From the NCBI RefSeq assembly GCF_001194135.2, contig NC_068996.1, positions 6,230,347-6,288,226 of the forward strand: a stretch of 57,880 nucleotides of DNA. Reading direction: 5' to 3'. This stretch comes from Octopus bimaculoides (Eukaryota). Of the stretch, positions 1 to 13,000 are shown piece by piece (within the stretch, counting starts at the first letter, position 1; every line of letters starts with the position of its first letter). The notes beneath the pieces are model-generated. The model did no database searches, was not told the DNA's origin, and saw nothing but the letters and a program-made list of their open reading frames with translations. The position numbers were made by a program, and so were the translations under genes.

Positions 1-148
1 GGTTGGCGTTAGGAAGGGCATCCAGCTGTAGAAACTCTGCCAAATCAGACTGGAGCCTGGTGTTGCCATCCGGTTTCACCAGTCCTCAGTCAAATCGTCC
101 AACCCATGCTAGCATGGAAAGCGGACGTTAAACGATGATGATGATGAT
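1..148 (+). mobile_element. RTE-3'UTR-derived short element ending in (GAT)n
   Basis: Same sequence as the RTE 3' end at 50830..50989; nearly identical to the reverse complement of 22080..22235. Confidence 0.85.
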
Positions 149-269
149 GATAGTTCCAGGTCAGTCCCACTGTATGGCACCTTGGGCAAGTGTCTTCGAC
201 TATAATCTCAGACTGACCAAAGCCTTGTGAGTGGATTTGGTAAACAGAAACTGAAAGAAAGCCATCGTA

Positions 270-323
<54 letters not shown>

Positions 324-883
324 CATCATCATCATCATCATCATTTAGTGTCTGCTTTCCATGCTGGCATGGATGGGTAGATGGTTTGTTGAGTGAAACT
401 AGTAAGCTGGAGAACTGTACCAGGCTCCAGTCTGATTTTGGCTCGGTTTCTACAGCTGGATGCCCTTCCTAACACCAACCACTCCATATGTGTCGTGTCT
501 GTATTAGTTTCCCGCTACCACTTGACAACCAGTGTTGGTATGTTTACATCCCTGTAACTTGGCAGTTAGGCATAAGAAACTGATAAAATAAATGCCAGGT
601 TTAAAAAAAAAAAAAAAGTAATGGGGTCAATTCATTTGACTAAAGATTCTTCAAGGTGGTGCCCCAGCATGGCTGCAGTCTAATTGCTGAAAAAAGTAAA
701 AGATAAAAGATAAAAAGGCTGATTAGTTGTTGCTTGTGTGCTTAGAAATTATTTGTAGGAAAGAAGAGCAATTAAAAAAAGTGCTGTCGTAGCAGTGCTA
801 TATAATTTAATGAGGTTGTGTGTCAGTGCGATTCAGAGGTAAATTAAATACTGGCATAGCTTATGAAAGCCATAATGTTTTCT

Positions 884-1257
884 NNNNNNNNNNNNNNNNN
901 NNNNNNNNNNNNNNNNNNNNNNNNNNNNNNNNNNNNNNNNNNNNNNNNNNNNNNNNNNNNNNNNNNNNNNNNNNNNNNNNNNNNNNNNNNNNNNNNNNNN
1001 NNNNNNNNNNNNNNNNNNNNNNNNNNNNNNNNNNNNNNNNNNNNNNNNNNNNNNNNNNNNNNNNNNNNNNNNNNNNNNNNNNNNNNNNNNNNNNNNNNNN
1101 NNNNNNNNNNNNNNNNNNNNNNNNNNNNNNNNNNNNNNNNNNNNNNNNNNNNNNNNNNNNNNNNNNNNNNNNNNNNNNNNNNNNNNNNNNNNNNNNNNNN
1201 NNNNNNNNNNNNNNNNNNNNNNNNNNNNNNNNNNNNNNNNNNNNNNNNNNNNNNNNN
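884..1257. other. assembly gap (N-run); others at 24054..24066, 38285..38685 and 46192..46377
   Basis: N characters in the sequence. Confidence 1.
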
Positions 1258-1432
1258 ATATATACACACATATATACGACGGGCTTCTTTCAGTTTCCGT
1301 CTACCAAATCCACTCACAAGGCTTTGGTCGGCCCGAGGCTACAGTAGATGCTTGCCCAAGGTGCCATGCAGTGGGACTGAACCCGGAACCATGTGGTTGG
1401 TAAGCAAGCTACTTACCACACACTCCTGCGCC
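1258..1432 (-). mobile_element. family A SINE head, truncated by an assembly gap
   Basis: Nearly identical to 55030..55200. Confidence 0.85.
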
Positions 1433-2380
1433 TAATTTATTAATTTTGTTTTTGCTCTTTCAACAAAAGAATTTCAACAAAAGAACTCTTGTACAAAAGA
1501 ATTGAAGGAATTATATGTGATCCCTTAAAAATATATATAAGTAAATGACTGTTTAGTCCCAGGTTGTCTCTTATTAAGCAGCTGTATGATCAAGGTAATT
1601 TCAGCTGTGACCATTTTGCCTTCACTTCAGACATGATATATTTAAACCTGTATTATCCAACTAGCAGTATAACCCGACGTTGTCTGGGTGTGACTTATTA
1701 CGCTATCTATGATAAGTCTTGCTAGGTGAAAATCAACTAAAAAAGAAAGCCTTACAACGAAAAAACCCTTATGATGTAAATATGTTCAAAATTCAAAAGA
1801 TGATGAAATTAATAGGAAAAGTCTAAAGGCTGTTTTGTGTAACATTATTAAGCATATGTAAATTTCATCCGTCTAATTGGCCATACAAATGCTTGTGCAA
1901 AACAACTTTTTGCGCTGCCCTGATTATACAAAGCAGGGTAATCCCTTTTTGCAGGAGCTAGGACGGCAATTTGTGATGAAGCAATTGCTGGCGATCTGTT
2001 GCTACACAGTTTTGCCAGAATTCTATCAGATTGGGCAGAAGATGTTAATGCACCATTTTGCATTTTCTATCAGATTGAATGATAACATAAAGATTTTCTT
2101 GTTGGTTTGAGCAATGAGTGTGAAGTTAAGGTATTAGACTTCCTTCTTTAGCACTTACCATTTTATAATAAACTATAAAGTGGTTGATGCTAGGAAGGGC
2201 ATCCAGTCAGAAATCATGCCATATGAAACATACACAAGACATAGTCATCCAACTTGTCTAGAACAAGAATGTTTGAATAGAATCTGACGAAGCCCCATAC
2301 CACCATAGTAAACAGATGTTAAATGATGATGACTGCAGGATGTGACAGACTATCACATTTCTCAATGTATTTGCTTTCAG

Positions 2381-2420
2381 GTTAACTGAGAAATTGTAGA
2401 AACAGGATTTGGCAAATTCG
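2381..2420 (+). other. possible non-coding 5'UTR exon of beta-adaptin
   Basis: ttgctttcag|G acceptor and CG|gtactt donor. The exon at 7028 begins with an acceptor, so at least one upstream exon must exist. Confidence 0.25.
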
Positions 2421-3259
2421 GTACTTTTACATCATATTGGTCATATTTTCTTGTTTCAAAGTAAAACGAGATTTAAATGTGTTATAAATATTTAACTTAC
2501 AAGCAGTTTATATTTGTGCTTTTATATACATTATACCATTATGTACATACATACATATAATATAAATAATATATATATACATATATGGGTACAGGATGTC
2601 ACCAACAGTAAACAACATGAAATACGAAAACAAAATGAATTAAATACTCAAATAATGAGAGTAAAAAAAAGGACAAGTAATACAAAGAATGACCCTTCAT
2701 CAGTTGTCGGCTGTCTATCTACTCTCCATTTTGAGCAATCAAAGACAGTTGCTCCCATAAAGACCAAAATAAAATTTGGGATTTATGGAGGGCCAAAGTT
2801 AGGAACAAAAACAGGACAGTGGAGTTATACAGGGAAACTGAACAAAAACAAACATGGAAGGTTGTTAGACCTGAATGAGGGGGAAAATAGTGAGCGCTGA
2901 GAGAAATATTTTCTTTGAAAAGAGAAAAGATAGAAGAGAGAGATAGGAGACATCCAGTCCTTAGAACATCTGTGCAGGAAAGAAGGATGGTTATGTGAGG
3001 AAAAGAAAGAGGGACGATGGTCATGTGTGAGCAATGAGAGAGAGAGAGAGAAAGAGAAAGAGGGGAGAGAGAGAGAGACAGATAGAAAACAGTGAAAGGT
3101 AGGAAAAAGAAAATTAGAGAGGATAGGGGAGACAGGGTGGGCCAAAGTCATGCACCAAAACATGACTTTTTGCATTACATTATTCATTTCATTTATAATT
3201 AGATTAGTTTACATCTTGGTGCATGACTTTTGGACCATTCTTTGTATGTATGTATGAAC

Positions 3260-3307
<48 letters not shown>

Positions 3308-4149
3308 TCATCATTTAAAATCCATGTTCCATGTTAGTATGGGCTTAATGGTTTGACAGGATCTGATGAGTCCAAGGACTACATTGTGTTCTATTGTCTG
3401 CATTGGCTTGGTTCCTACAGCTGGATGTCCTTCCTAATGCGAACCACTTTACAGTGTCCAGGGTGCTTTTTTCATGCCCTCATCTCTGGTGAGGTCACTG
3501 TGCAGCTTGCAAGATTATTGATCCCAAATGGGAGTGGTGCCAACATTATTCTGAGAGAGGAGGAATAAAGAAGGGTACAGTGTGAGAGAGAGAAGGGCTG
3601 AAACAGAACAGGTTTCTTGTAGAGGAACTACATGGCTACTCGCATATTGGAAGAGAGGCCGGGAGTGATCAGGTTGAGCTGGAAAGCAATACAAATAATG
3701 GTGATGAGATGTCACAAGACCTTCAAGATACGAAATGGATCAGAATGAATAGGACAAAGGGACCAGGAGTGAGCAGGAGGAGTAGATGTTTGATTGTGCA
3801 GTGCAGCAGAATTATAATGATAATGCAGTAGACAGGAGAACAACAAAAGAGAGGTGACATACTGTTGGGTTGGTTGCAAGGGTGGATGGGGAAGGGAGAG
3901 GAGGCATAATTAGTGTATGCGGGGATGAGGAGATAATTCAGTGGCTCAGTGGGGGTGGGTGATCAGTGAAAGTGTGGGTGTGGAGAACAGTAAGGATGAA
4001 GAGTGGATAACAAGTGAAATGGTTCTGGGTAGTAAGAAAAGTGGTATCGTGGAAGAACTACACTTAGGGGAGATGATGGTGGAGGAGGGAGGAAATTGGG
4101 TGAAGGTTCCACTAATTTATACACACACCCACACAGCCTTTACCAGAAC

Positions 4150-4760
4150 TCAGTTTTGCTGAGGTGGCTGGGTCTTCTTGAGAACCACATATCACCAATC
4201 ATCCTCCATGAGGTTCAAAGTTCTAAGATCAGTTTTCACCATCTCATCTGATGTCTTCCTGGGTCTTCTTCCACCAGCTCCATCCATTTAGTGATTAGCA
4301 CTTCTTTATACAGCTGTCCTCTTCCATATGCATCACATGTCTATACCAGTTCAGTTTTCTTTCTTCTTGCACTGTACATCTGATTCATCTTATATCCAAT
4401 TGTTTTTTTCTCTCAATCATTTATATTGACAATCATGCACATTTTCATTGCACATCCAACAGTACATGCTTGTTTCATCTCTTTCCAATCTCCCAGAGTC
4501 CTCTACATTCATGGCTTATGTCTCACTACCATGCAACATTTTAGTTCTAATAAATGTGTCATAAAAATCTGCCCTTTACTTTGAGAGAAAAGACCTTAGT
4601 TGCCAGCAGCAACAGCAGTTGTAGCTCCCTTAACCTGTTCTTACTCTGGCTAGTATATTTTCATAGAAGCAACCTTCCTTGCTAATTACATCTAGATAAC
4701 AAAAGCTATCACCTTTATCTAAACTGACACTGGTATCCTGATCCTCTTCTGCGAACAACC
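4150..4760 (-). mobile_element. old RTE LINE fragment
   Basis: Reverse complement resembles the GRGRPRKTW / LRWYGHV region of the RTE at 50340..50520; boundaries approximate. Confidence 0.55.
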
Positions 4761-7027
4761 ATATTTTATCTTACTCTGCTCTTAGAATACACTGGCACAT
4801 TTTGACATTTTGCAGAGTATGGAATTGGATAATGAAGCTCAACAATTTGAGTGAGCTTGATAAAATTTGCAGTGTCTAAACTTATTTCAACATAGGAGTA
4901 AAGGAATCGACAAGCAGTTGTGATGTGAATTTTCATTTTATTTTATGCAACACCAATGTCATTTTGCATTTTGTATCTTAAATGAGATCAATGAAATAAG
5001 GAAATAAAGTATCATAATAAAAGTACTGTTGAGATAGTTGACTAAAACTTTTGTAAGAGGTTCCCCAGCATGGCCATTGTCTACAACTGAAGCCATTAAA
5101 TAAATGATAGTACAAAATATCAAGAAATAAAGACAGAGAGATAAACCCTTTCAAGCATTTATATAGAAAAATTAAATGGTTCTAAATATTGCTGTATGGT
5201 TAAGAAGTTAATTAAGCAAATGTATAGTTCAAACTTTGACCTCACAGGATGGTACCTAGAGCAGATGTCTCCTATAGCTTCTTGGAATGGAATTTGGTAC
5301 ATAGAAACTACAGAAGTCTATGTGCATATGTATCGGTGAAGGATGTGAATATCATCAAGAAAACCAAAAAGCTGATGTTTTTTAAACACAATCACTTGTG
5401 GTATTTATTCTGCATCCTGTTAGAGACACTCCCCCTATCTTTCTCATTGTCAGAAATGCAGTGAACCACTTATTTTCCTGTTGGAAACTTGTAACTGACA
5501 ACTCTAGAGGTAATTGCACCTGATATAAAATAAGTAGGAAATAAATCCAAATCTCAGACTTTGCAGAGAACTTATCACTTCTGTAAAACTTAACGAAGAA
5601 TACTATTTATGGCTTAACCGTTATGTATTCAAACTGGCCGTATTCCAGCCCAAATATTCTACCCATTTTAGGTTCAAACTGACCAAATCCTATTTGTCAC
5701 ACCTACCTTACATTATCATTCTAAAAATAAATTATTACATCATCAACATCTTGAAGCTATGAGATAATGTCTGATTAATTCAAACAATGTGAATAAATAA
5801 GCTTTATATTTAACAGAATAATCTGAATGTTAAATGGTTAATACAATTTTTTCATTTCAAACAAACTTGATGGACATCAATTTTTATAATTATCTTTAAT
5901 TAATATATAGAGAAAATGTTTTATATATTGTTACATTGGTATCGCTCAAATATTTTGTTTGTTTTGATAATTATCATTTAATATGTCTTCCCTGCTGTCA
6001 TGGGTTGGACAATTTGACTGGATCCAACAAACTAGAGGACTGTGTTAGGCTCCAGTGTCTGTTTTGGCATGGTTTTTATATGACTTGATGCCCTTCCTAA
6101 TACCAACCACTTTACAGAGAGTGTCCTGGTTGTTTTTCCTCAGGAGATCAGCATTTGTGAGTTCACCAAGTTACTTTTAAGACAAAGAAAAGAACCTTGA
6201 CTGAGTAGGGTTGTAGTAGAGAGAAAGGGCTTTATGTCAGGTGCTGAGAGGCTAAAGTATGATATAGGGACAAGCACAGGTATCTTGCTTTGATGATGAT
6301 ACATGGTTACCCTACATTATATAAGAGTGGGTGGGAGTAGCTGGAAAGAAGATGGTAATGGTGGTGATGAAAAGAAGTCCTATTTGCATTCGTGTTGTAT
6401 TTTTAGTTAAGGAATTCAGCCATTGTTCTTTAACCCCAGGTCTACCACTGAGATGCCTGTGATCAAATGTGTTCTAGCTGCAACCATCCCGTTTTTGTTG
6501 CATATCTTTGATTACGTTATAAAATATATCATTGTCTTTTTTATTCTAAGTCAGTACAGTGTGATTCAGCAGGTGGGGATTTGACTGCTGTTTTTTGCAA
6601 CTCAAATGGCAACATAAGAGTTTCCATCTCATGTAGCCTATAACTAATAAAAGTGACTATTCTTTAATATTTGTCTTTATCAAAGCAATGGTGAGACTGG
6701 AAGGATAGTGCACTGGACAAAATGATTTGCAGTTTGTAGTTCTCTCCTATATTCTCAGTTTGAATCTGACCCCTTACAGAGTTGATAAAAAATGAACCAG
6801 AACCAGTTTTGATTTCGTTCACTAGACCCATTCTCTACAAACAGTGACCCTGTATGTCAAAGATGAAATCAATATTTACTCTTATTATATTATTATACTT
6901 GTATTATTAATGCCATTGCATAAGGTATAAACTTACATTTGCACCATTGCTCCTTTCTCTGAAATAAACAAGCATTTGTGTCTAATTAAAAAATGAGAAA
7001 TTAATATCATTTACTCTTATATTGCAG

Positions 7028-7089
7028 GTACCGTGTGACCAATAACATCAAGATGACAGATTCAAAATATTTTACCACCACTAAAAAAG
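7028..7089 (+). CDS. AP1B1/AP2B1: beta-adaptin first coding exon (5'UTR 7028..7052, ATG at 7053; [13 protein letters not shown])
   Basis: Acceptor ttgcag at 7027 and donor G|gtacag at 7090; the peptide is the conserved beta-adaptin N-terminus. Confidence 0.95.
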
Positions 7090-10000
7090 GTACAGTTTCT
7101 GTTTTTGTTTTTTTTTAATGCCAAGAATTTATCTTTTTTTCCTTTTTAAATATAAAACGGTTTGAAATAGATTTCATATTTTCTTTTCTGTCAAATATTT
7201 CTGTTGCAGAACACTTCTTAGTCTTATTGTTGTACATTGGGAGTTTTTTCTCACCCCTTACTTCTAAATAACATGCACTGATTAGGGTTCACTTCAGTTT
7301 TATTGTTAACTAATCAATTGATCAATTTTTTTATTGTTATAAATTCTTTTTCTCATAGTATTGGGGCCTTTAATGTTTTCTTAATCTGCAGTTGGTATTG
7401 TCTTGTGTTTCTTGTCAGATGTCATCAAGGACATGTGTGTGTATGTATGTTATGTTACTTTGTCATTCTCATTGTGTGTATGTGTGTGTATGTTGTTATA
7501 AAGTACAAAAATATTGATTTCAATATATGGTTTAATGTCATGATTCTTGCAAATTCCAGTAAGATATTTCTTTGTCTCATTTAGACTAATTTTTACTTTA
7601 GAATGTTATTCTCATTTAGTTCTAAATATTTTTGTGGGATTTCCTTTCATTTAGGTGAGATATTTGAGCTGAAGGCTGAATTAAACTGCGACAAGAAAGA
7701 GAAAAAGAAGGAAGCTGTGAAGAAAGTTATTGCCAGCATGACTGTTGGTAAAGATGTCAGGTTAGTATTTTACTAAACTTATTCATTAGATGTTTGTAGC
7801 TCAAGTTATTCTTTTATTTGTTTTTATCTTTCAATCTTTTTGGACCATGGGGCATGCTAGTTTTATTTTTGTCTCTTAGTCGAATCTTAGTACTTAATTT
7901 GATTGATTTCTCTTAACTAGCTGTGTCCAACCACTGGAGTAAAGAGTGGTGACTCAAACAAATCACTGTAAGATATTTTCATTCAATCACCATGGTAGAT
8001 CATTCTGTTAATGTCCAACATCTTTATTTTAATTTTAATATATGTGATGCATCAGTCTCTTAGTGCTAGCATAATGGGTCATTCTATTAATGGTAAGAAT
8101 TTAATTATATGTTTCTCATTAAAGTCAATATATGTCAAATTTGAAATTTATCTTCTAGTGCGCTCTTCCCTGATGTCGTTAATTGTATGCAGACTGACAA
8201 TTTGGAATTGAAGAAGTTGGTGTATTTATACCTGATGAACTATGCCAAGAGTCAACCAGATATGGCTATCATGGCGGTTAACACTTTTGTCAAGGTAAGC
8301 TTGATATATGTATATATATATATAAAATATCAAGAACAGAAAGAGGGAATGTGTACAAGTGGGAGATTTGAAGGGAGTACAGTATCAACACCAACTCCAC
8401 GACCAGCACCACAAACAACATCAGCATTGTTAACACTACACCAATCACAAATACAACTCCATCTACACTCAAACCTTATAACAAGGACAAAACCTGCAAA
8501 GGAAACATCATAAACTTCATAGCCACAGACGCAACGATTAATTAACGAACTGTACACATTAACACACAAAACACTACGCAATAACTACACCACACCAATA
8601 TACCATGTCAAACAGCTGCTATTGCATGTATGATGGAACTGGTTAAGTCCATTGTGAAGATTGTCTTGTCTCCTTCCTTTTGTTGGGAATTGTAGTTTTT
8701 ATCCGTCTAATGGAATTGGTAAAAGAGGTTTTGTTGTGGACTTTAATGAAAAGGGCTGAAAACAGACATCTCCCTCTCTGGCTCGTCCCTCATCGAGTTT
8801 TTCAAGTTACACTCAAAAAGAGAGATGTGGGTGGAGAGGGAAGTGCTACTTCCCAGTAAATTTGTTGAGAAGTGGATGAGTGATGAATAAGGTCTGAGTG
8901 AACAGACCTGCTCTGATAATGTACTTCTCGACTGGAGAGGGACAGAGGGTTGAGGGTGCTTGTCTTAGTCATTGTGGTGACTGTAGTTTTGTGAGGTTTT
9001 TACAAGTAACTCTCAGAAGCCTCCTTTCTTTTGAATATTTTTCTGTTTTAATTCTTTTTGTTTTTGTTCTTTTTTGCACATTTTTTTTATGTACACCTCA
9101 CCCCCCACTCTATTGTCCTGTACTGTCGGTGATGATTTTGTTAACCTCCAGTGATTAAGAAGGTCAGCATTATTGAATTTGCAAAATCATTGAGTTGAAA
9201 GAAATGTTTTGTAGTATGTTGTTCTGACTGTTTATACTGAGTTCAAATCTCACAGAAGTCAACTTCACCTTTCATCCTTCTGGGATCAATAAAATAAAGT
9301 AACAGTCAAGTAATAGGATCAATGTAATTAACTTGCCCCCCCCCCCTCTCAACTCACCTTAAATCATTGGCCTTGCACCAAAATTATTATTCTTCAATGT
9401 TACCTTTGGCTTTCATATTTTTTTTGTGGGGTGGGGCAGGTTCGATAAAATAAAGTAACTGTCAAGTACTGGAGTTGATGTAATAGACTTGTCCCCCTCC
9501 TTTCAAAATTTCTGGCCTTGTGCCAAAATTTGAACTAACTTTTGATATTATTTAGTAGTATGTTACTGAAGACTGGGTATTTGGATTTTTCTTTTCATAT
9601 TATCTGTAATAATATCTATTAACAGCTGTCTTAGATTTCCTCTTAATAGTGAAATCCAGCAGGGTAAAAATTTATTTCTTTATTAATGTCAAAATATGAA
9701 AAGTTGCCAGTACTGCTGGACTGGCTCCTGTGCAGGTGGCACATAAAAAACACCATTTTGAGTGTGGCCGTTGCCAGTACCTCATGACCGGCCTTCGTGC
9801 TGGTGGCACCTAAAAGCACCCACTACACTATCGGAGTGGTTGGCCACCAGTCCTCAGTCAAATCGTCCAACTCATGCTAGCATGGAAAGCAGACGTTAAA
9901 CGATGTTGATGATGATGATTTCCAGTGAGCAATGTCGCTCTTTTCAAGTGAATGAATTAAGCTCTGGTTTCGTGAAAAGCAGCTGAGCTATGGAATGACA

Positions 10001-13000
10001 TTAACATATAATTTGATATGTGAAATGCTGAAGAGTCGAATAAATAGTAAACTTCCTGAGTCTGAGACTATATTGTCATTTCTTAGCTGTAGTATCACTG
10101 CTGTAGTTATATGTTTAGGAAAGGCATGACTGTTACAAATTGCATTTTTCTCTATAAATTTTGATCAAGGACTTGTGAAAGTTCAAGTAATTGAGCTGCT
10201 TGTTTATCTTATCATTGCACAGAATAAATGTCCTCTATTATTGTATCTTGATAGTATGACATTGTACCAAGATATGATAAGACCTCTTGGGGGTAAAAAT
10301 CTACGTTCTTATCTTGTGCCTCATTTTATAATTAATTAATGCTCTTTATACATCTTTATTCAATTCATATTTTATCTGGCTATTAATTTGTATTCAAAAA
10401 TAAAAAAAAGCTAAGTAAAACACCACTTAACCTTTAATTATCTTCTTATATCTGTTGAAATACAATGCTGTTGCTTCAGTTCATTTTTAAAATAATGAAT
10501 TTAGTAAAATTATTTTGTTGTTATTAAGCTTGTGTTTGGAACACAAATTCACATGAAATCTTGATGGAAAGATAACTTTTAAAACAAGAAATTCTTATCA
10601 TGCAAACAGGGGTGTTCTTAGGGTGGTTGGTATTAAAAGGGTTGATATAATTAAATACAAAAAGTAAGGAATTGACGTAATTGTGAGGGCATCAGACCAT
10701 ATGCTTCATGGTATATAGTTTTGGCCTCTATGTCCTGAGTTCAAATGTGAATGAAATCAGTTTTACCTTCCAATTATCTGTGATTGATAAACTAAAATAC
10801 CTGTGAAACACAACATAAAGGATCTGTTTAACTATTTATTTACTTCCTCAAATCGTGGCCTTGTTCCTTATATAATAAGGGGAATGTGTATGCTTGAAAT
10901 AGCAGCCAAAACTCTCAAGTTACATCTTACCAGTTTAGTTCTTTTGATACCGACCATCTGGAACCATCCTTGGTTGAATGTTACAAACTTAGTGTTTTAA
11001 AGTGTTTTAAATTAAAATTTTTCATCATAATTTATATTCCAAACACCAGCTAAATAATGACAAAGTTATTTTACTAAATTCTCCGTTATTTTCTGAATTA
11101 ATTGTAACAATGGCATCATATTTCAGCAGAAATATGGCAACAAATGGGTTAAAATTTAAAAGAAAAAAAAAAAAAAGCTGCAGGATTAACCCTTTCTTTA
11201 ATGTATTTCTGAAAATATATCATCTTTGTAATACCATTAATTTTGAAGATGACAGAATTTAGTAAAATAACTTAGTAATTTATAAGGTTGGTGTTTGGAA
11301 CATAAATGAATGTGAAATTCTAGTGGAAGGTTTTTAGATGACTTTAAAATGGGAAGTTTGTATCATAGAACCAGGATGGTCTCAAACAGGTTGGTATTAA
11401 AAGGATTGCATTTGATTATAGATTATCTTAAGAATTTACCTGAGGCTAAACTATATAGGAATATATTCTTTATCACAAACAAGGTAATTTCATTTGAGCT
11501 AAACATCTTGGATAACTCTAATATTATCTATGGTTAACTACATAAGTGTATATACACAATCTTTTTTATGGTGGCTGGCAGGATTTGAACTTAAAATACA
11601 AAGAGCCAAAACAATTACCACAAAGCATCCTGTTTGATTTTTTTTATGATTCTGCTTGGCCACCACCCTAGACTGGTGCTTTATCAACTCTGGAAAGTAA
11701 AGTTGATCTCACCGGGATTTGAACTCAAACTGCTTAGAATTAGAATAATTATCTCAAAAAATCTTGTCTGTTTTGCTAATGCTACTGCCAATTTGCCACT
11801 ATTGAATTTATTTTATTTAAAATTACAATATGTCATCCTTTTGATATTTTTCTAGGATTGCGAAGACAGTAATCCATTGATCAGAGCCCTTGCTGTTCGT
11901 ACCATGGGCTGCATCCGCGTTGACAAAATAACTGAATATCTCTGTGAGCCACTGCGTAAATGTCTCAAAGACGAAGATCCTTACGTTAGGAAGACCGCTG
12001 CTGTGTGTGTGGCTAAACTGCATGACATTAATTCACAGTTGGTGGAAGACCAAGGATTTTTAGATCTTTTGAGAGATTTGTTATCGGATTCTAATCCAAT
12101 GGTAAGTTGTTTTTGTGTTTGATTTGGAATAAGTTTGCACTAAATGTGAGTAGCCATGCCAATCCTCTACAAGAACTGCTTCTGAACTCTACTTCGCTAA
12201 TAATATTATAACCCCATCATCCTCTAGCATGAAGTTTGTAGTCCTGTGAGTCACATGATGACTTAATAATGCTGGTGGCACAAAAAAGCACTCAATCCAC
12301 ACTATAAAGTGGTTGGCATTGGGAAGGGTATCCAGCTGTAGAAATCATGCCAAAGCAGACCCTGGAGCTTGATGCAGTCTTTGAACCTATTGGATCTTGT
12401 CAAACCAGCCAATCCATGCTAGCTTGGAACACGAACATTGAATGACAATGATAATGTGCATAATTTTTGTGTGTGTGTGAGAATGTATACATATGTATAT
12501 GTATGTGTACATATTTTGTTTTTGCAGTCAATATCATAAGCACAGGAATGGTTTTGTAGTTATGAAGACACACGGAAAGAAACACATCAGCACACACATA
12601 TACATGTCTACTCTTCCATGCTTGAGGTGTAGGTGTGGCAAGTGTCATTTGCTATATCCGTAGGCCAGCCAAATCCTTGAGTGGACTGGGTAGATGGAAA
12701 CTGAAAGAAGCCTGTCATATGTGTCTGTGTTTCCTTGTCTTGGCATTGCATGATAATTGTAAATGGTTGCCAATGTTATATAATCTGTTTCATTTATTTC
12801 TAATATCCTGCAAAAAAACATGTCTGACCATAGGGAAATATTACTTTGCTTTGGGGGTTGGTGACTGGAAGGGCACCCAGCCATAAGAAATCTACCTTAG
12901 TTATCTCTGTCTGACCCATGCAAGCATGGAAATATGTATGTTAAAACGATGATGATTATGATGATGAATGGATCTGACAAGGATATGTTGGGGTAGATTT

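Noticed and set aside
820-1435. Several 136-190 aa ORFs
   Set aside because: They are artefacts of translating through Ns.
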